DNA of 63,997 nucleotides, counting the filler, from Thermodesulfobacteriota bacterium (lineage in GTDB: Bacteria > DASVDK01), in NCBI GenBank assembly GCA_036381125.1. It is 5 parts of 5 records of this genome, joined end to end, with 100 filler letters (N's around TTAATTAATTAA, not from the genome) between each part and the next. Parts side by side here need not be neighbours in the genome. Positions count along the whole stretch, not along the records: positions 10,836 to 37,107 come from DASVDK010000166.1; positions 37,208 to 56,065 come from DASVDK010000167.1; 3 more parts are not named here. The stretch is one strand, 5' to 3'. A program made the translations under genes and the position numbers. The notes under the pieces were generated by a model, which saw only the letters and a program-made list of their open reading frames with translations, was not told the origin of the DNA and searched no databases. Positions within the stretch are counted from its first letter, which is position 1. The number at the start of each line of letters is the position of its first letter. Shown in pieces: positions 32,721-47,433 of the stretch.

Positions 32721-34495
32721 GACGCCCGACCTCCGATTTGCAGCTCGTAGTAGCGCCTGAGCGGACCGGCACGCTCGAGGAGCGCGTCCCACGGCCCCTG
32801 CTCGACGACCCGCCCTTCGCCGAGCACGAGGACCTGCTCGGCGCCGCGGACGGTCGACAGGCGGTGCGCGATGACGATCGTGGTCCGCCCGGCGGCGAGC
32901 GCGGCCATGCGCTCGACGACGAGCGCCTCGGTCTCCGCGTCGAGGGCCGAGGTCGGCTCGTCGAGGACGAGGATCGGCGCGTCCTTCAGGAACGCGCGGG
33001 CCAGCGCGATGCGCTGGCGCTCGCCGCCCGAGAGGCGAACGCCGCGCTCGCCGAGGGGCGTGTCGTATCCCTTCGGGAGGCGGCTGATGAAGTCGTGGGC
33101 CCCCGCCCGGCGCGCCGCCTCGACGATCGCCTCGAAGTCGGCGTCGGGGCGGCCGATGGCGATGTTCTCGCGCACCGTGGTCGAGAAGAGGAGCGGCTCC
33201 TGGAGGACGAGGCTCACCTGCGATCGCAAGCTGCGCAGCGTCACGTCGCGCAGGTCGTGGCCGTCGATCGTCACGCGCCCCTCGGTCGGGTCGAGGAAGC
33301 GCAGGAGCATCGCCGCGAGCGTCGTCTTGCCGGCCCCGGTCGGCCCGACGATCGCCAGCGTCTGCCCCGGCTCGCAGACGACGTTCACGCCGCTCAGGAT
33401 CGGGCGGCCGGGCTCGTACGCGAAGCCGACGTGGTCGAAGACGATCCGGCCCCGCACCGGGGGGAGCGGCCGCGCCCCCGGCCGGTCGGCGACCTGGGGC
33501 GCCGTGCCGAGCAGATCGAACACCCGCTCGGCGCTCGCCTCGGCCGCCCGGATGAGGCCCCACGACTCGACGAGGCTGTTCACCGGCGTGTAGAGGGAGC
33601 GAAGGTAGGCCAGGAAGACGAGCAGCGTGCCGACGGTGAGGCTGCCGTCGAGGACGCCGAGGGCGCCCACGAAGAGCAGGCCCGAGGTGCCGACGGCGAG
33701 CAGGACCGAGACCAGCCCGCTCGACAACGTCTGCGTGGCGTAGAGGTGGAGGAAGGCGCGCAGGCTCGTGCGGCTCGCCCCGACGAAGCGGCGCGTCATC
33801 TCCTCCTCTCGCGTGAAGGCCTGGATGACGGGGATCGACGAGAGCCCCTCCTGGGCGAGGGCGTAGACCGTCCCCTCCTGTTCGCGCGCCCGGGTCGCGG
33901 CCCCCTTCACGCGGCGACCGATGAAGAGCAGGAGGACGCCGAGCGCCGGAACCAGGGTGAGGGCGAGCGCCGCGAGGCCGGCGTCGAGCCGGGCCATGAC
34001 CACCGCCATGCCGACGAGCATCGTCGCCGCCGACACCGCCGGCAGGACGCCGTTCATGACCAGGCTCTGCACCGAGAACGTGTCGGCGAGCACGCGATGG
34101 ATCAGGTCGCCGACGCGATGGCGGCCGTGGAAGCCGAGCGAGAGCCGCTGCAGGTGCGCGTAGGCATCGGCCCGAAGGTCGGTCACCATTCGCTGGCCCG
34201 CGTCGATCGACACGTACATCTCGCCGAAGCGGACGACGGCGGCCATGGCCTCGAGCGCGACGGCGGCGAGGACCGCGGCGGCGAGGAGCGCGCGCGGCCC
34301 CGCGACGCCGTCCGGCGCCAGCGCGTCGAGCCACCCCGGCATCGCCCGGTCGTCGAGGACGTGATCGACGACCACCTTGAGCGGCCAGGGCATCAGGAGG
34401 GAGAGCGCGTTGCTCGCGATCACGAGCAGCAGGACGAGGGCGGCGCGCCGCCGGTAGGGCCGGAGGTACGCGAGCACGCGACGGATCGTCGACAT
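32717..34495 (-). CDS. ABC exporter, fused TMD-NBD (MsbA/NdvA-like)
   Basis: Six-TM domain, GPTGAGKT, LSGGERQR, LVLDEPT, IAHRLST. Confidence 0.95.
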   Translation of the reverse strand: MSTIRRVLAYLRPYRRRAALVLLLVIASNALSLLMPWPLKVVVDHVLDDRAMPGWLDALAPDGVAGPRALLAAAVLAAVALEAMAAVVRFGEMYVSIDAGQRMVTDLRADAYAHLQRLSLGFHGRHRVGDLIHRVLADTFSVQSLVMNGVLPAVSAATMLVGMAVVMARLDAGLAALALTLVPALGVLLLFIGRRVKGAATRAREQEGTVYALAQEGLSSIPVIQAFTREEEMTRRFVGASRTSLRAFLHLYATQTLSSGLVSVLLAVGTSGLLFVGALGVLDGSLTVGTLLVFLAYLRSLYTPVNSLVESWGLIRAAEASAERVFDLLGTAPQVADRPGARPLPPVRGRIVFDHVGFAYEPGRPILSGVNVVCEPGQTLAIVGPTGAGKTTLAAMLLRFLDPTEGRVTIDGHDLRDVTLRSLRSQVSLVLQEPLLFSTTVRENIAIGRPDADFEAIVEAARRAGAHDFISRLPKGYDTPLGERGVRLSGGERQRIALARAFLKDAPILVLDEPTSALDAETEALVVERMAALAAGRTTIVIAHRLSTVRGAEQVLVLGEGRVVEQGPWDALLERAGPLRRYYELQIGGRAS

Positions 34496-34504
34496 GGCGG
34501 CCGA

Positions 34505-37107
34505 TCAACCGGTCCAGGGTACGGGCATCGATCCCAGACGGCGGCCGGTCGCGCCGGCGAGCCGGCCGAGGCCGCGGGCGGCCTGCTCCGCCCGCGATGC
34601 GAGAGCCGTGCCGCCGGCCGCGAGAAGCGACAGCGGCAGCGCCCAGCCGGCGACGCTCCCCTCGACCGCTCCCGCCAGCGCGGCGAGGGCGAGGAGCGCG
34701 AGCGTCGCGAGCCCGAGCGACGAGGGGCGGGCGGTCACCTCGACACGGTGCAGCCGTTTCGGCCCGCCGTGCAGCTCCTCGAGGGTGCGCACCGAGGCGG
34801 TCACCCAGGGCCCCCAGAACACGACCAGGTCCCGGCGATCGGACGGCCCGGGAAGCGTGGCCGGGATCTCGTGCCGCGCGAGGTCGGCCAGGCAGGCCTC
34901 GAGCAGGCTCGTCCGCTCGAGCCCCGACTCGCTCCAGAAGGCCCATCGCCGGCGGAACCCGGCCGCGGCCGACTCGCCCGTCGGGCCGCCGCCCCGCAGC
35001 GCCCGCTCCGCCCGGTCGATGGCCGCGGCGATCTCCCGGTAGCTGGCCCAGCCGCGGACGAGCGGCTGCGCGTAGGCGAGCCAGGCGACCAGGGCGCGCG
35101 AGGCCCAGCCGTCGGCGCTGCGCGGCAGCGTCGCCCGCCACGCGAAGCGGACCGCCCGGCCGGCGGCGAGGGCGAGCCCGGCAAGCCCGAGCGCCAGGAG
35201 CGGCCCCGACGCGACCGCGCCGAGGGCGACGAGGAGGAGCGAGGCCGCCTGCCACTCCACCGTGCCGACGACGTGCCCCGCGCCGCCCGGCGGGCCGCCG
35301 TAGAGGAGCTGATAGGGCGCGGTCCCGAAGGGGCCGTGGTAGACCCACTCGCGCCCCCAGGTGAGGCGGGGGGAGCCGCGATGGTAGATCACGCCGGCCC
35401 ACCGCGGGTTGCGCCAGCCGTTGAACCGGTGCGTGTGTCGCGGAAAGAGCATCCCCTCGGCGCGGCCGTAGCCGCGCTGCTGCCGCAGGTAGGCGCGGAC
35501 GCTCCGCCGGGCGACGTGCCAGACGAACGCGGCGCTCGTGAAGCGGATCACGTTGCCGCGGTCGAGCAGCTTCCAGCACACGTCGACGTCGTCGCCGGCC
35601 GCCCGGTACGTGACGTCGAACCCGCCGATCGCCCGCAGCACGTCGCGGCGGAAGGCCATGTTGCAGCCCGGGATGTGCTCCGCGACATCGTCGTCGACCA
35701 GGACGTGCGTCGGCCAGCCGGGCGCCGCCGCGATGCAGGCGGCGACCCGCGAGCCGCCGACCTCGGGGATGTTGAGCCCGCCCACGGCGGCGGCGCCGGT
35801 GCGGGCGAACGCGCGCGCCAGGTGGGACAGCCAGTCGGGGTCGGCGATGCAGTCGGCGTCGGTGTAGGCGACGATCTCGCCGGTCGCGGCCTCGAGGCCG
35901 ACGTTGCGCGCGGCGCTGAGGCCCATGTTCGGCTGGTGGATCACGCGGAAGCGCCAGTCGGCCGCCGCGACCGCGTCGGCGACCGGCCCCGTCTCGTCGG
36001 TCGAGCCGTCGTTGACGACGATCACCTCGAAGTCGGGGTAGTGGAGCGCACGCAGCGAGGCGAGGCAGGCCTCGATCGTCGAGCCGGCGTTGTACGCGCA
36101 GATCACGACGGAGATGCGGGGGGACGCCTGCCCCGCGGCGGGGGCCGGCCAGCGGAAGACCTGCTGCACGGCGCGATAGGCCGCCTTCGGGCGCCGGTCG
36201 CGGGCGACGAGGCCGAAGCTCCAGTCGGTGATCTCCGCGCCGCCCGTGTACCACTCGTCGGTCCAGGCGTACGCCACCGCGCCGGCCGCGCCGGCGTCGA
36301 GCGCGAGGCGGAGCTGACGGGAGAGCCGCCGCGCCTGGCTGCGCTCCCCCTCGCGGACCGAGTCGAAGCCCAGCTCGCCGATGAGGAGCGGACGCTCGCC
36401 GGCGACGTTGAGGAGCCGCGCGAGGTAGCGCCGGAAGGCGTCGTCGTCGTGCAGGTAGACGTTGAGGGTCAGGAAATCGACCTCGGAAGGGTCGAGGTAT
36501 TCCGTAGTGGGGAAGTTCGCGTACGTCACGAGGCCGTCCGGGTCGGCGTCGTGGGCGGTGCGGACGAGCCCGTCGAGGAACCGCTCGATCCGGCGCCGCC
36601 CGTACCACCGCACGGTGGCGGGCGGCACCTCGTTGCCGATCGCCCAGCCGAAGATGCCGGGGTGTCCGCGGAAGCGCCGGACGCCCCGCGCAACCGCCTG
36701 CCGGATGGCCGCCTGGCTTGTGCGGCTGTCCAGGAAGGCGACGTGCTGCGGCCAGGGGATTCCGATCAGGATCCTGAGCCCGCTGGCCGCCGCCGCATCG
36801 ACGATCCGGGGCGGCGGGACGTGATAGACGCGCAGGAGGTTGGCCCCCATCTCCGCGACCGCCGCGAAGTCTCGCATCGCGACGTCGGTCTCGGGGAAGG
36901 GCGCGCCGTCCGACGCCGGCCGGAAGGGGCCGTAGCTGACGCCGCGCGCGATCCACGGCGCGCCGGCCGCGACGAAACGCTTCCCGTGCGCGTACGGCCT
37001 CGGCCCGAGGGGCGGCGCCGCGTACGGCTCGGCGATCTCCGGTTGCGGCGCGGCAACGTCCGGTCGGGCGGCTTCGGCGAGCCGCGGCGCCGGCGGGGCG
37101 GCCGGAA
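34505..37107 (-). CDS. Clan GH-A TIM-barrel + GT2 + TM fusion protein (5' end cut by the spacer; frame open to the contig edge)
   Basis: RGVSYGPF, GANLLRVY, WAIGNE, IGELG, AWTDEW, then SVVICAYN, VNDGS, YTDAD, GCNMAFRR, GDDVD, QQRGY, then C-terminal TMs. Confidence 0.88.
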
Positions 37108-37207
37108 NNNNNNNNNNNNNNNNNNNNNNNNNNNNNNNNNNNNNNNNNNNNTTAATTAATTAANNNNNNNNNNNNNNNNNNNNNNNNNNNNNNNNNNNNN
37201 NNNNNNN
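37108..37207. other. Artificial contig spacer
   Basis: N44-TTAATTAATTAA-N44. Confidence 0.99.
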
Positions 37208-37209
37208 CC

Positions 37210-39711
<2,502 letters not shown>

Positions 39712-39723
39712 GGGAGACGACCC

Positions 39724-39750
39724 CGCGGGGGGCGCACGGCGCCCCCCGCG
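39724..39750. repeat. Perfect 12-bp-stem GC hairpin (REP-like or processing signal)
   Basis: CGCGGGGGGCGC-ACG-GCGCCCCCCGCG with no U-tract. Confidence 0.6.
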
Positions 39751-39762
39751 AGAGCCGCGGCC

Positions 39763-40050
39763 GTGGTCGTGGGTGTGTGTCAGCTCGACGTGATGGTGCA
39801 CGACAGCGACTCGCTGAAGGCGAAGCGCAGCGTGCTCAGGCGCGTCATCGCGCGGGTCCACCAGACCTTCCCCGTCGCCATCGCCGAGGTGGGCGACCAC
39901 GACATCTGGCAGCGCGCCACGCTCGGCGTCTCCGTCGTCGGCAACGAGGAGGCGCACGTCAACGCCGTCCTCGACAAGGTCGTGAACTTCGTCGACGGCC
40001 TACACCTGGTCGAGATCCTCGACCACCAGATCGAGCTGCTCCATTACTAG
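39763..40050 (+). CDS. DUF503 (YlxP-like) protein
   Basis: SLKAKRSVL, AEVGDHDIWQ; usual position between infB and rbfA. Confidence 0.9.
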   Translation: MVVGVCQLDVMVHDSDSLKAKRSVLRRVIARVHQTFPVAIAEVGDHDIWQRATLGVSVVGNEEAHVNAVLDKVVNFVDGLHLVEILDHQIELLHY

Positions 40051-40065
40051 CGGCCGAGACACGCC

Positions 40066-40470
40066 ATGTCGTTCCAGAGAAAGCACCGGGTGGCCGACGC
40101 GATCAAGGCGGAGGTATCGGACCTCCTCCGGCGCGGCCTCAAGGATCCACGGATCGGGTTCGTCACCGTCACCGACGTGGAGGTGTCGTCCGACCTGCGC
40201 CAGGCGCGGGTCTACTACAGCGTGGTCGGCAGCCCGGCCGAGCGCGAGGCGACCGAGAAGGGCCTGCAGTCGGCGACCGGCTTCGTGCAGAGCCACGTCG
40301 GCAAGCGTCTCGGCCTGCGCAACACGCCGACGCTCGAGTTCCGGTACGACCCGTCGCTCGAGCAGGGCGCGCGCATCGAGCAACTGCTCAGGGAGGCCCG
40401 GGCCCATCCGCCCGACACGGAGGCGGACGCCGGCGAGACCGGCCGCACGCCGGAGTCGTCGGAGGGGTAG
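40066..40470 (+). CDS. rbfA: Ribosome-binding factor A
   Basis: KDPRIGFVTVTDVEVSSDL, LRNTPTLEFRYD. Confidence 0.96.
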   Translation: MSFQRKHRVADAIKAEVSDLLRRGLKDPRIGFVTVTDVEVSSDLRQARVYYSVVGSPAEREATEKGLQSATGFVQSHVGKRLGLRNTPTLEFRYDPSLEQGARIEQLLREARAHPPDTEADAGETGRTPESSEG

Positions 40471-40482
40471 GAGGAGCGTCAG

Positions 40483-41490
40483 GTGCCAGTAGATGCCATG
40501 GTCCCGCGGATCGTCGCCGCGCTGCGCGCGGGGGAGCGGTTCCTCGTCGCCTCCCACGTGATGCCGGAGGGGGACACCGTCGGCTCGCAACTCGCCCTCT
40601 GCCTCGCGCTGCAGGACATGGGCAAGTCGGTGGTCGCCTACAACAGCGACCCGATCCCGCGCAACATCCGGTTCCTGCCCTACGCCGAGAACATCGTGGC
40701 GCAGATCGACCCGGAGGCCACCTTCGACGCCGCCATCGTCGTGGACGCCGCCGACCTCTCGCGGGTCGGGCCGGGGCTCGCCGAGGCGCTGCCGCGCTGC
40801 CGCACGGTCATCAACGTCGACCACCACAAGACGAACACCGGCTTCGGCGACCTCCGGTTCGTCGACCCGAACGCCAGCGCCACGGGCGAGGTCGTCTACC
40901 GCCTGCTCAGGGCGATCCCGGTGACGATCACGCACGAGATCGCCGTGAACCTCTACGTCACGATCCTGACCGACACCGGCTCCTTCCACTACACCAACTC
41001 GACTCCCGAGGCCTTCCGCATCGCGGGCGAGATGGTGAGCCTCGGCGTGCGCCCCTGGAGCGTCGCCGAGAAGATCTACGAGAGCAACCCCGCCGCGCGC
41101 ATGCGACTCCTCGGGAAGGTGCTCGGCACGCTCGACGTGACGCCCGACGGCAAGGTCGCCTCCATCGTCGTGTCGAGGGCCGACCTGGCGGTGCACGGCT
41201 GCACCGCCGACCTCACCGACGGGTTCATCAACTTCCCCAGGTCCATCGAGGGGGTGGAGGTCGCGCTCATGTTCCGCGAGGAGTCGGAGGTCGCCTACAA
41301 GGTCTCCTTCCGCTCCCGGGGGAACGTGGACGTCGCCGCCATCGCCGGCCTGTTCGGAGGGGGCGGACACCGCAACTCGGCCGGCTGCCTCGTGCGCGGT
41401 CCGCTCGCCGAGGTCAAGGCGCGGGTCCTCGCCGCGGCCGCCAGCCGCATCGTCTCGGGCCGTGACCCCTTCATGGTCGTCAACTACTGA
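40483..41490 (+). CDS. nrnA: DHH/DHHA1 oligoribonuclease/PAP phosphatase (NrnA-like)
   Basis: SHVMPEGD, NVDHH, TDTGSF, SFRS, GGGGH. Confidence 0.88.
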   Translation: MPVDAMVPRIVAALRAGERFLVASHVMPEGDTVGSQLALCLALQDMGKSVVAYNSDPIPRNIRFLPYAENIVAQIDPEATFDAAIVVDAADLSRVGPGLAEALPRCRTVINVDHHKTNTGFGDLRFVDPNASATGEVVYRLLRAIPVTITHEIAVNLYVTILTDTGSFHYTNSTPEAFRIAGEMVSLGVRPWSVAEKIYESNPAARMRLLGKVLGTLDVTPDGKVASIVVSRADLAVHGCTADLTDGFINFPRSIEGVEVALMFREESEVAYKVSFRSRGNVDVAAIAGLFGGGGHRNSAGCLVRGPLAEVKARVLAAAASRIVSGRDPFMVVNY

Positions 41491-41587
41491 GACGGGTCAC
41501 CGTGGGCCGTCGAGCGAGGCCCGCCAGGCGCACCCCACGGAACCGGAGGTTCCGTGGGGGCCCCGCGCAGGGGCCGAGCGACCGTTC

Positions 41588-42610
41588 ATGAACCCTCCCG
41601 ACTCCGATCTCCACGGCGTCCTCGTCGTCGACAAGCCGAAGGGGCCGACGTCGCACGACGTCGTCCTGCGGGTGCGGCGCCGGCTCGGCGTCCGGAAGGC
41701 GGGCCACACCGGGACGCTCGACCCCATGGCGACCGGCGTCCTGCCGGTGGTCGTCGGCGAGGCGACCAAGCTCGTCCCGCTCCTGATGGAGGGGGACAAG
41801 GCGTACGAGGCCGAGGCGACGCTCGGGATCGAGACCGACACGCTCGATGCCGAGGGCCGCGTCGTGGCGACGACGCCGGCCGCCGCCTGGCCGACCGACC
41901 GGGCAGCGGTCGAGCGCGCGGTGGCCGGCCTGGCCGGCCGGCGGGTGCAGCGTCCGCCCGCCTTCTCGGCCGTCAAGGTGGGCGGACGGCCGCTCCACGA
42001 GCGGGCGCGCGCCGGCGAGTCGGCCGAGGGCGCCCCCCGGGAGGTGATCGTCCACGAGGCGCTCCTGACCGGCTTCGAGCCGGCGCAGGGCGACCGTCCG
42101 CCCCGGATCCGCTTCCGGGTCACCTGCTCCAAGGGCACCTACGTCCGCGTCCTCGCGGCCGATCTCGGCCGGGCGCTCGGCTGCGGCGCCCATCTGTCGG
42201 CGCTGCGGCGGACCCGCAGCGGCCCCTTCGGCCTGGAGCGGGCGGTGCCCCTCGAGGCGCTCGACTCGGATCCCGGCCGGGCGCGCGCGCTGGCCGCGCT
42301 GGTGCCGCCCGAGGAGGCTGTCGGCCACCTCCCGGCCGTGACCCTCGAGGCCGCCGAGGCGGTCCGGCTTGCCCACGGGCAGGCGGTGCCGCTGCCGGCC
42401 TTCCCGCCATCTGCTCATCCGGGCATCGGCGCCCTCGTGCGGGTCGCGGCCCCCGGACGGCCGCTGCTCGCCCTGGCCGAGGTCCGGCAGGGGCCGGGCG
42501 GGGGGCTCGTGCTCGGGCCGACCCGCGTGTTCGCGCCCGCGGACCGCCGTAACCCCCGAACGGGCCGTGGCTTTACAAGGGGGGGCCGGTCTGGTACAAG
42601 AGAGCGTTAA
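41588..42610 (+). CDS. truB: tRNA pseudouridine(55) synthase
   Basis: [39 protein letters not shown]. Confidence 0.96.
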   Translation: MNPPDSDLHGVLVVDKPKGPTSHDVVLRVRRRLGVRKAGHTGTLDPMATGVLPVVVGEATKLVPLLMEGDKAYEAEATLGIETDTLDAEGRVVATTPAAAWPTDRAAVERAVAGLAGRRVQRPPAFSAVKVGGRPLHERARAGESAEGAPREVIVHEALLTGFEPAQGDRPPRIRFRVTCSKGTYVRVLAADLGRALGCGAHLSALRRTRSGPFGLERAVPLEALDSDPGRARALAALVPPEEAVGHLPAVTLEAAEAVRLAHGQAVPLPAFPPSAHPGIGALVRVAAPGRPLLALAEVRQGPGGGLVLGPTRVFAPADRRNPRTGRGFTRGGRSGTRER

Positions 42611-42631
42611 TATTCGAGGAGGAAAGGGTTC

Positions 42632-42898
42632 GTGCTGGAGACTGCACGGAAGCGGGAGGTCATCGAGACCCACCGCCGACACGGTACCGACACCGGCTCG
42701 CCGGAGGTCCAGATCGCGATCCTCAGCGAGCGCATCGGCTACCTCACCGATCACTTCAAGACGCACAAGAAGGACCACGCCTCACGCCGTGGCCTCCTGA
42801 AGCTCGTCGGCCAGCGGCGTCGTCTGCTCAACTACCTCCGCGACAACAACGCCGACCGGTACCGCGCGATCGTCGAGAAGCTCGGCTTGCGCAAGTAG
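42632..42898 (+). CDS. rpsO: 30S ribosomal protein S15
   Basis: [26 protein letters not shown]. Confidence 0.98.
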   Translation: MLETARKREVIETHRRHGTDTGSPEVQIAILSERIGYLTDHFKTHKKDHASRRGLLKLVGQRRRLLNYLRDNNADRYRAIVEKLGLRK

Positions 42899-42933
42899 GC
42901 GGTCTCCCGCCCATTGAAAATCGAAGAGGGTCA

Positions 42934-45045
<2,112 letters not shown>

Positions 45046-45129
45046 GCGACTGCCGGCCGGGCCCGGGCGGGCCCGGCTCCCGCAACTTCAACCGGGACCG
45101 CGGGGCGCCGGCGACGGCGCCTTGCGGTC

Positions 45130-46395
45130 ATGGTCGGCATGTACAGGAAGACGGTCCTCCCGAACGGCGTCCGCATCATCAGCGAGCAGGTGCCGCACGT
45201 CCCCTCGGTGACGATCGGCCTGTGGGCCATGGTCGGCTCGCGCAACGAGCAGGCCGAGAAGAACGGCATCTCCCACTTCGTGGAGCACATGCTCTTCAAG
45301 GGGACGCCGGGGCGCGACGCGCTGGCCATCTCGAAGGCGATCGAGTCGGTGGGGGGCGTCCTCAACGCCTTCACGACCCGGGAGTACACCTGCGTCTACG
45401 CGAAGGTCCTGCCGCAGCACACGGAGCTGGCGGTGGACATCCTGGCCGACGCCTTCCTCCACTCCACCTTCCTGCCCGAGGAGCTGGAGAAGGAGCGCAA
45501 GGTGATCCTCCAGGAGATCGGCATGGTGGAGGACACGCCGGACGACTGGGTCCACGACCTCTTCAGCGAGTCCTTCTGGCCCGACCACCCGCTCGGCCGG
45601 CCGATCCTCGGCACGGCACCCATCCTGGAGTCGCTCGGGCGCGACGACCTGGTGGACTACTTCTCGGGCTACTTCTGGCCGGAGGGGCTCCTCATCTCGG
45701 CGGCCGGGGCGATCGACCACGACCACCTCGTGCGGCTGGCCGAGCGCCACTTCGTGCTCGAGCGGACGGCGCCGCGGCCGGCGCCGCAGAAGCCGCCGCT
45801 GCCGACCAGGAGCGTCGCCATCCGGCGCAAGAACCTCGAGCAGGTGCACCTCTGCCTCGGCACCGTCGGCATCCCCCAGACCCACCCCCTGCGCGAAGCC
45901 GGCTACATGCTGAACACCGTGCTCGGCGGGAGCATGTCGTCGCGGCTCTTCCAGGAGATCCGCGAGAAGCGTGGGCTCGCCTACTCGGTCTACTCGTTCC
46001 TCTCCACCTACGCCGACGCCGGGCAGTTCGGGGTCTACGCCGGCACCGGCGCGGAGAACGTGACGCAGGTGATCGACCTGGTGCTGACGGAGCTGCGCGC
46101 CATCAAGCGCAACTCCATCACGCCGACGGAGCTGGCATCGGCCAAGGAGCAGCTCAAGGGGAGCTTCCTGCTGTCGCTCGAGAGCAGCGACAGCCGCATG
46201 GACCGCCTCGCACGCGACGAGATCTACTACGGCCGCCACTACCCGGTGGAGGAGGTCGTGGCCGACATCGATCGCGTCACCCTCGACGACCTCCATGCCG
46301 TGGCCCACGAGATCTTCGCCGCCGATACCCTCTCCCTCGCGGTGATCGGTCGAGTCCGAAAGAGCGCCATCGGGGTGGAGCCGCTGTCGCTGTGA
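45130..46395 (+). CDS. M16 family zinc peptidase
   Basis: HFVEH (HXXEH), NAFTTRE, SSRLFQEIREKRGLAYSV. Confidence 0.94.
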   Translation: MVGMYRKTVLPNGVRIISEQVPHVPSVTIGLWAMVGSRNEQAEKNGISHFVEHMLFKGTPGRDALAISKAIESVGGVLNAFTTREYTCVYAKVLPQHTELAVDILADAFLHSTFLPEELEKERKVILQEIGMVEDTPDDWVHDLFSESFWPDHPLGRPILGTAPILESLGRDDLVDYFSGYFWPEGLLISAAGAIDHDHLVRLAERHFVLERTAPRPAPQKPPLPTRSVAIRRKNLEQVHLCLGTVGIPQTHPLREAGYMLNTVLGGSMSSRLFQEIREKRGLAYSVYSFLSTYADAGQFGVYAGTGAENVTQVIDLVLTELRAIKRNSITPTELASAKEQLKGSFLLSLESSDSRMDRLARDEIYYGRHYPVEEVVADIDRVTLDDLHAVAHEIFAADTLSLAVIGRVRKSAIGVEPLSL

Positions 46396-47312
46396 TGCGT
46401 GTCGCCTCGCTGGCCTCCGGCAGCGGGGGCAACGCGCTCCTGGTCGAGGCGGCCGGCGAGCGGCTCCTGGTGGACTGCGGACTTCCGCCGCGCGAGCTGG
46501 CGCGTCGACTCGCCCTCACGGGGCGCCGGCCGGCGGACCTCACCGGCCTGGTCCTCACCCACGAGCACGGCGACCACGTGCGAGGGGCGGCGGACGTCGC
46601 GCTGGCCCTCGGCGTGCCGGTCTACGGCACCGCGGGGACGCTCCGGCAGGTCGTGGCCCAGATCGCTCGCCCGGGCCGCGCGGCCGCCGACGGGCGATGG
46701 TCGCCGCCGGTCACGACCGGCCGGGAGCGGGCCAGGCTCGCCTCCCTCGCACGGCCGGTGGCGGCCGGCGAGCCGGTCCGGGCCGGCGGCGTGACGCTCC
46801 ACCCGGTGGCGCTGCCGCACGACGCGGTCGAGCCGGTGGCCTGCGTCCTCGACGCCGAGGGGGTGCGCGTCGCGATCGCGACCGACCTCGGTCGGCCGAC
46901 GGCCGCCGTCGTGTCGGCGCTCGCCGGCGCCGACCTCCTGGTCCTCGAGTTCAACCACGACACCGCCATGCTGGCGGCCGGTCCCTACCACCCGAGCGTC
47001 AAGCGCCGCGTGGCGGGCGACCGCGGACACCTGTCGAACGCCCAGGCTGCCGAGATCCTCGCGGCCGTCGCCCATCCCCGGCTCGGCGCGGTCTGGCTCG
47101 CCCACGTGAGCCAGGTGAACAACACCCCGGCGCTCGCCCTCGAGGCGGCGCGCGGAGCGCTCAGGCGCCGCCTGCCGTTCGAGGCGGTGCCGGTGGCCTG
47201 CCTCGAGCAGGACGGCGTCCGCGAGTGGTCGCCGGCGGACGCCGGCCGCGGGTCGATGAGCGAGGCGGCGGCGGAGGCCGGCCGCGAGCCGTTGTGGGAG
47301 GCGGCGCCGTGA
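46395..47312 (+). CDS. MBL-fold metallo-hydrolase (YycJ/WalJ-like)
   Basis: LASGSGGNA, THEHGDH, PHDA, ATDLG, EFNHD, GHLSN; ATG overlaps the upstream TGA. Confidence 0.9.
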   Translation: MRVASLASGSGGNALLVEAAGERLLVDCGLPPRELARRLALTGRRPADLTGLVLTHEHGDHVRGAADVALALGVPVYGTAGTLRQVVAQIARPGRAAADGRWSPPVTTGRERARLASLARPVAAGEPVRAGGVTLHPVALPHDAVEPVACVLDAEGVRVAIATDLGRPTAAVVSALAGADLLVLEFNHDTAMLAAGPYHPSVKRRVAGDRGHLSNAQAAEILAAVAHPRLGAVWLAHVSQVNNTPALALEAARGALRRRLPFEAVPVACLEQDGVREWSPADAGRGSMSEAAAEAGREPLWEAAP

Positions 47313-47433
47313 GGCGCCGCAGAGGCGAGCGGCCTCAGGCGGTTGGCGGCCCGCAGGGCCGCCGAGGAGCGGAGGCCGGGTTCACCCCGGCCGGAGCGGA
47401 GGCCGGCCGCGAGCCGTTGAAGGAGGTGAGAGC

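Noticed and set aside
31536-36956. 1806-aa ORF as a giant protein
   Set aside because: Only its last 395 codons look like real protein. The rest is an off-frame overlap of the GH-GT2 and ABC genes, as expected in stop-poor high-GC DNA.
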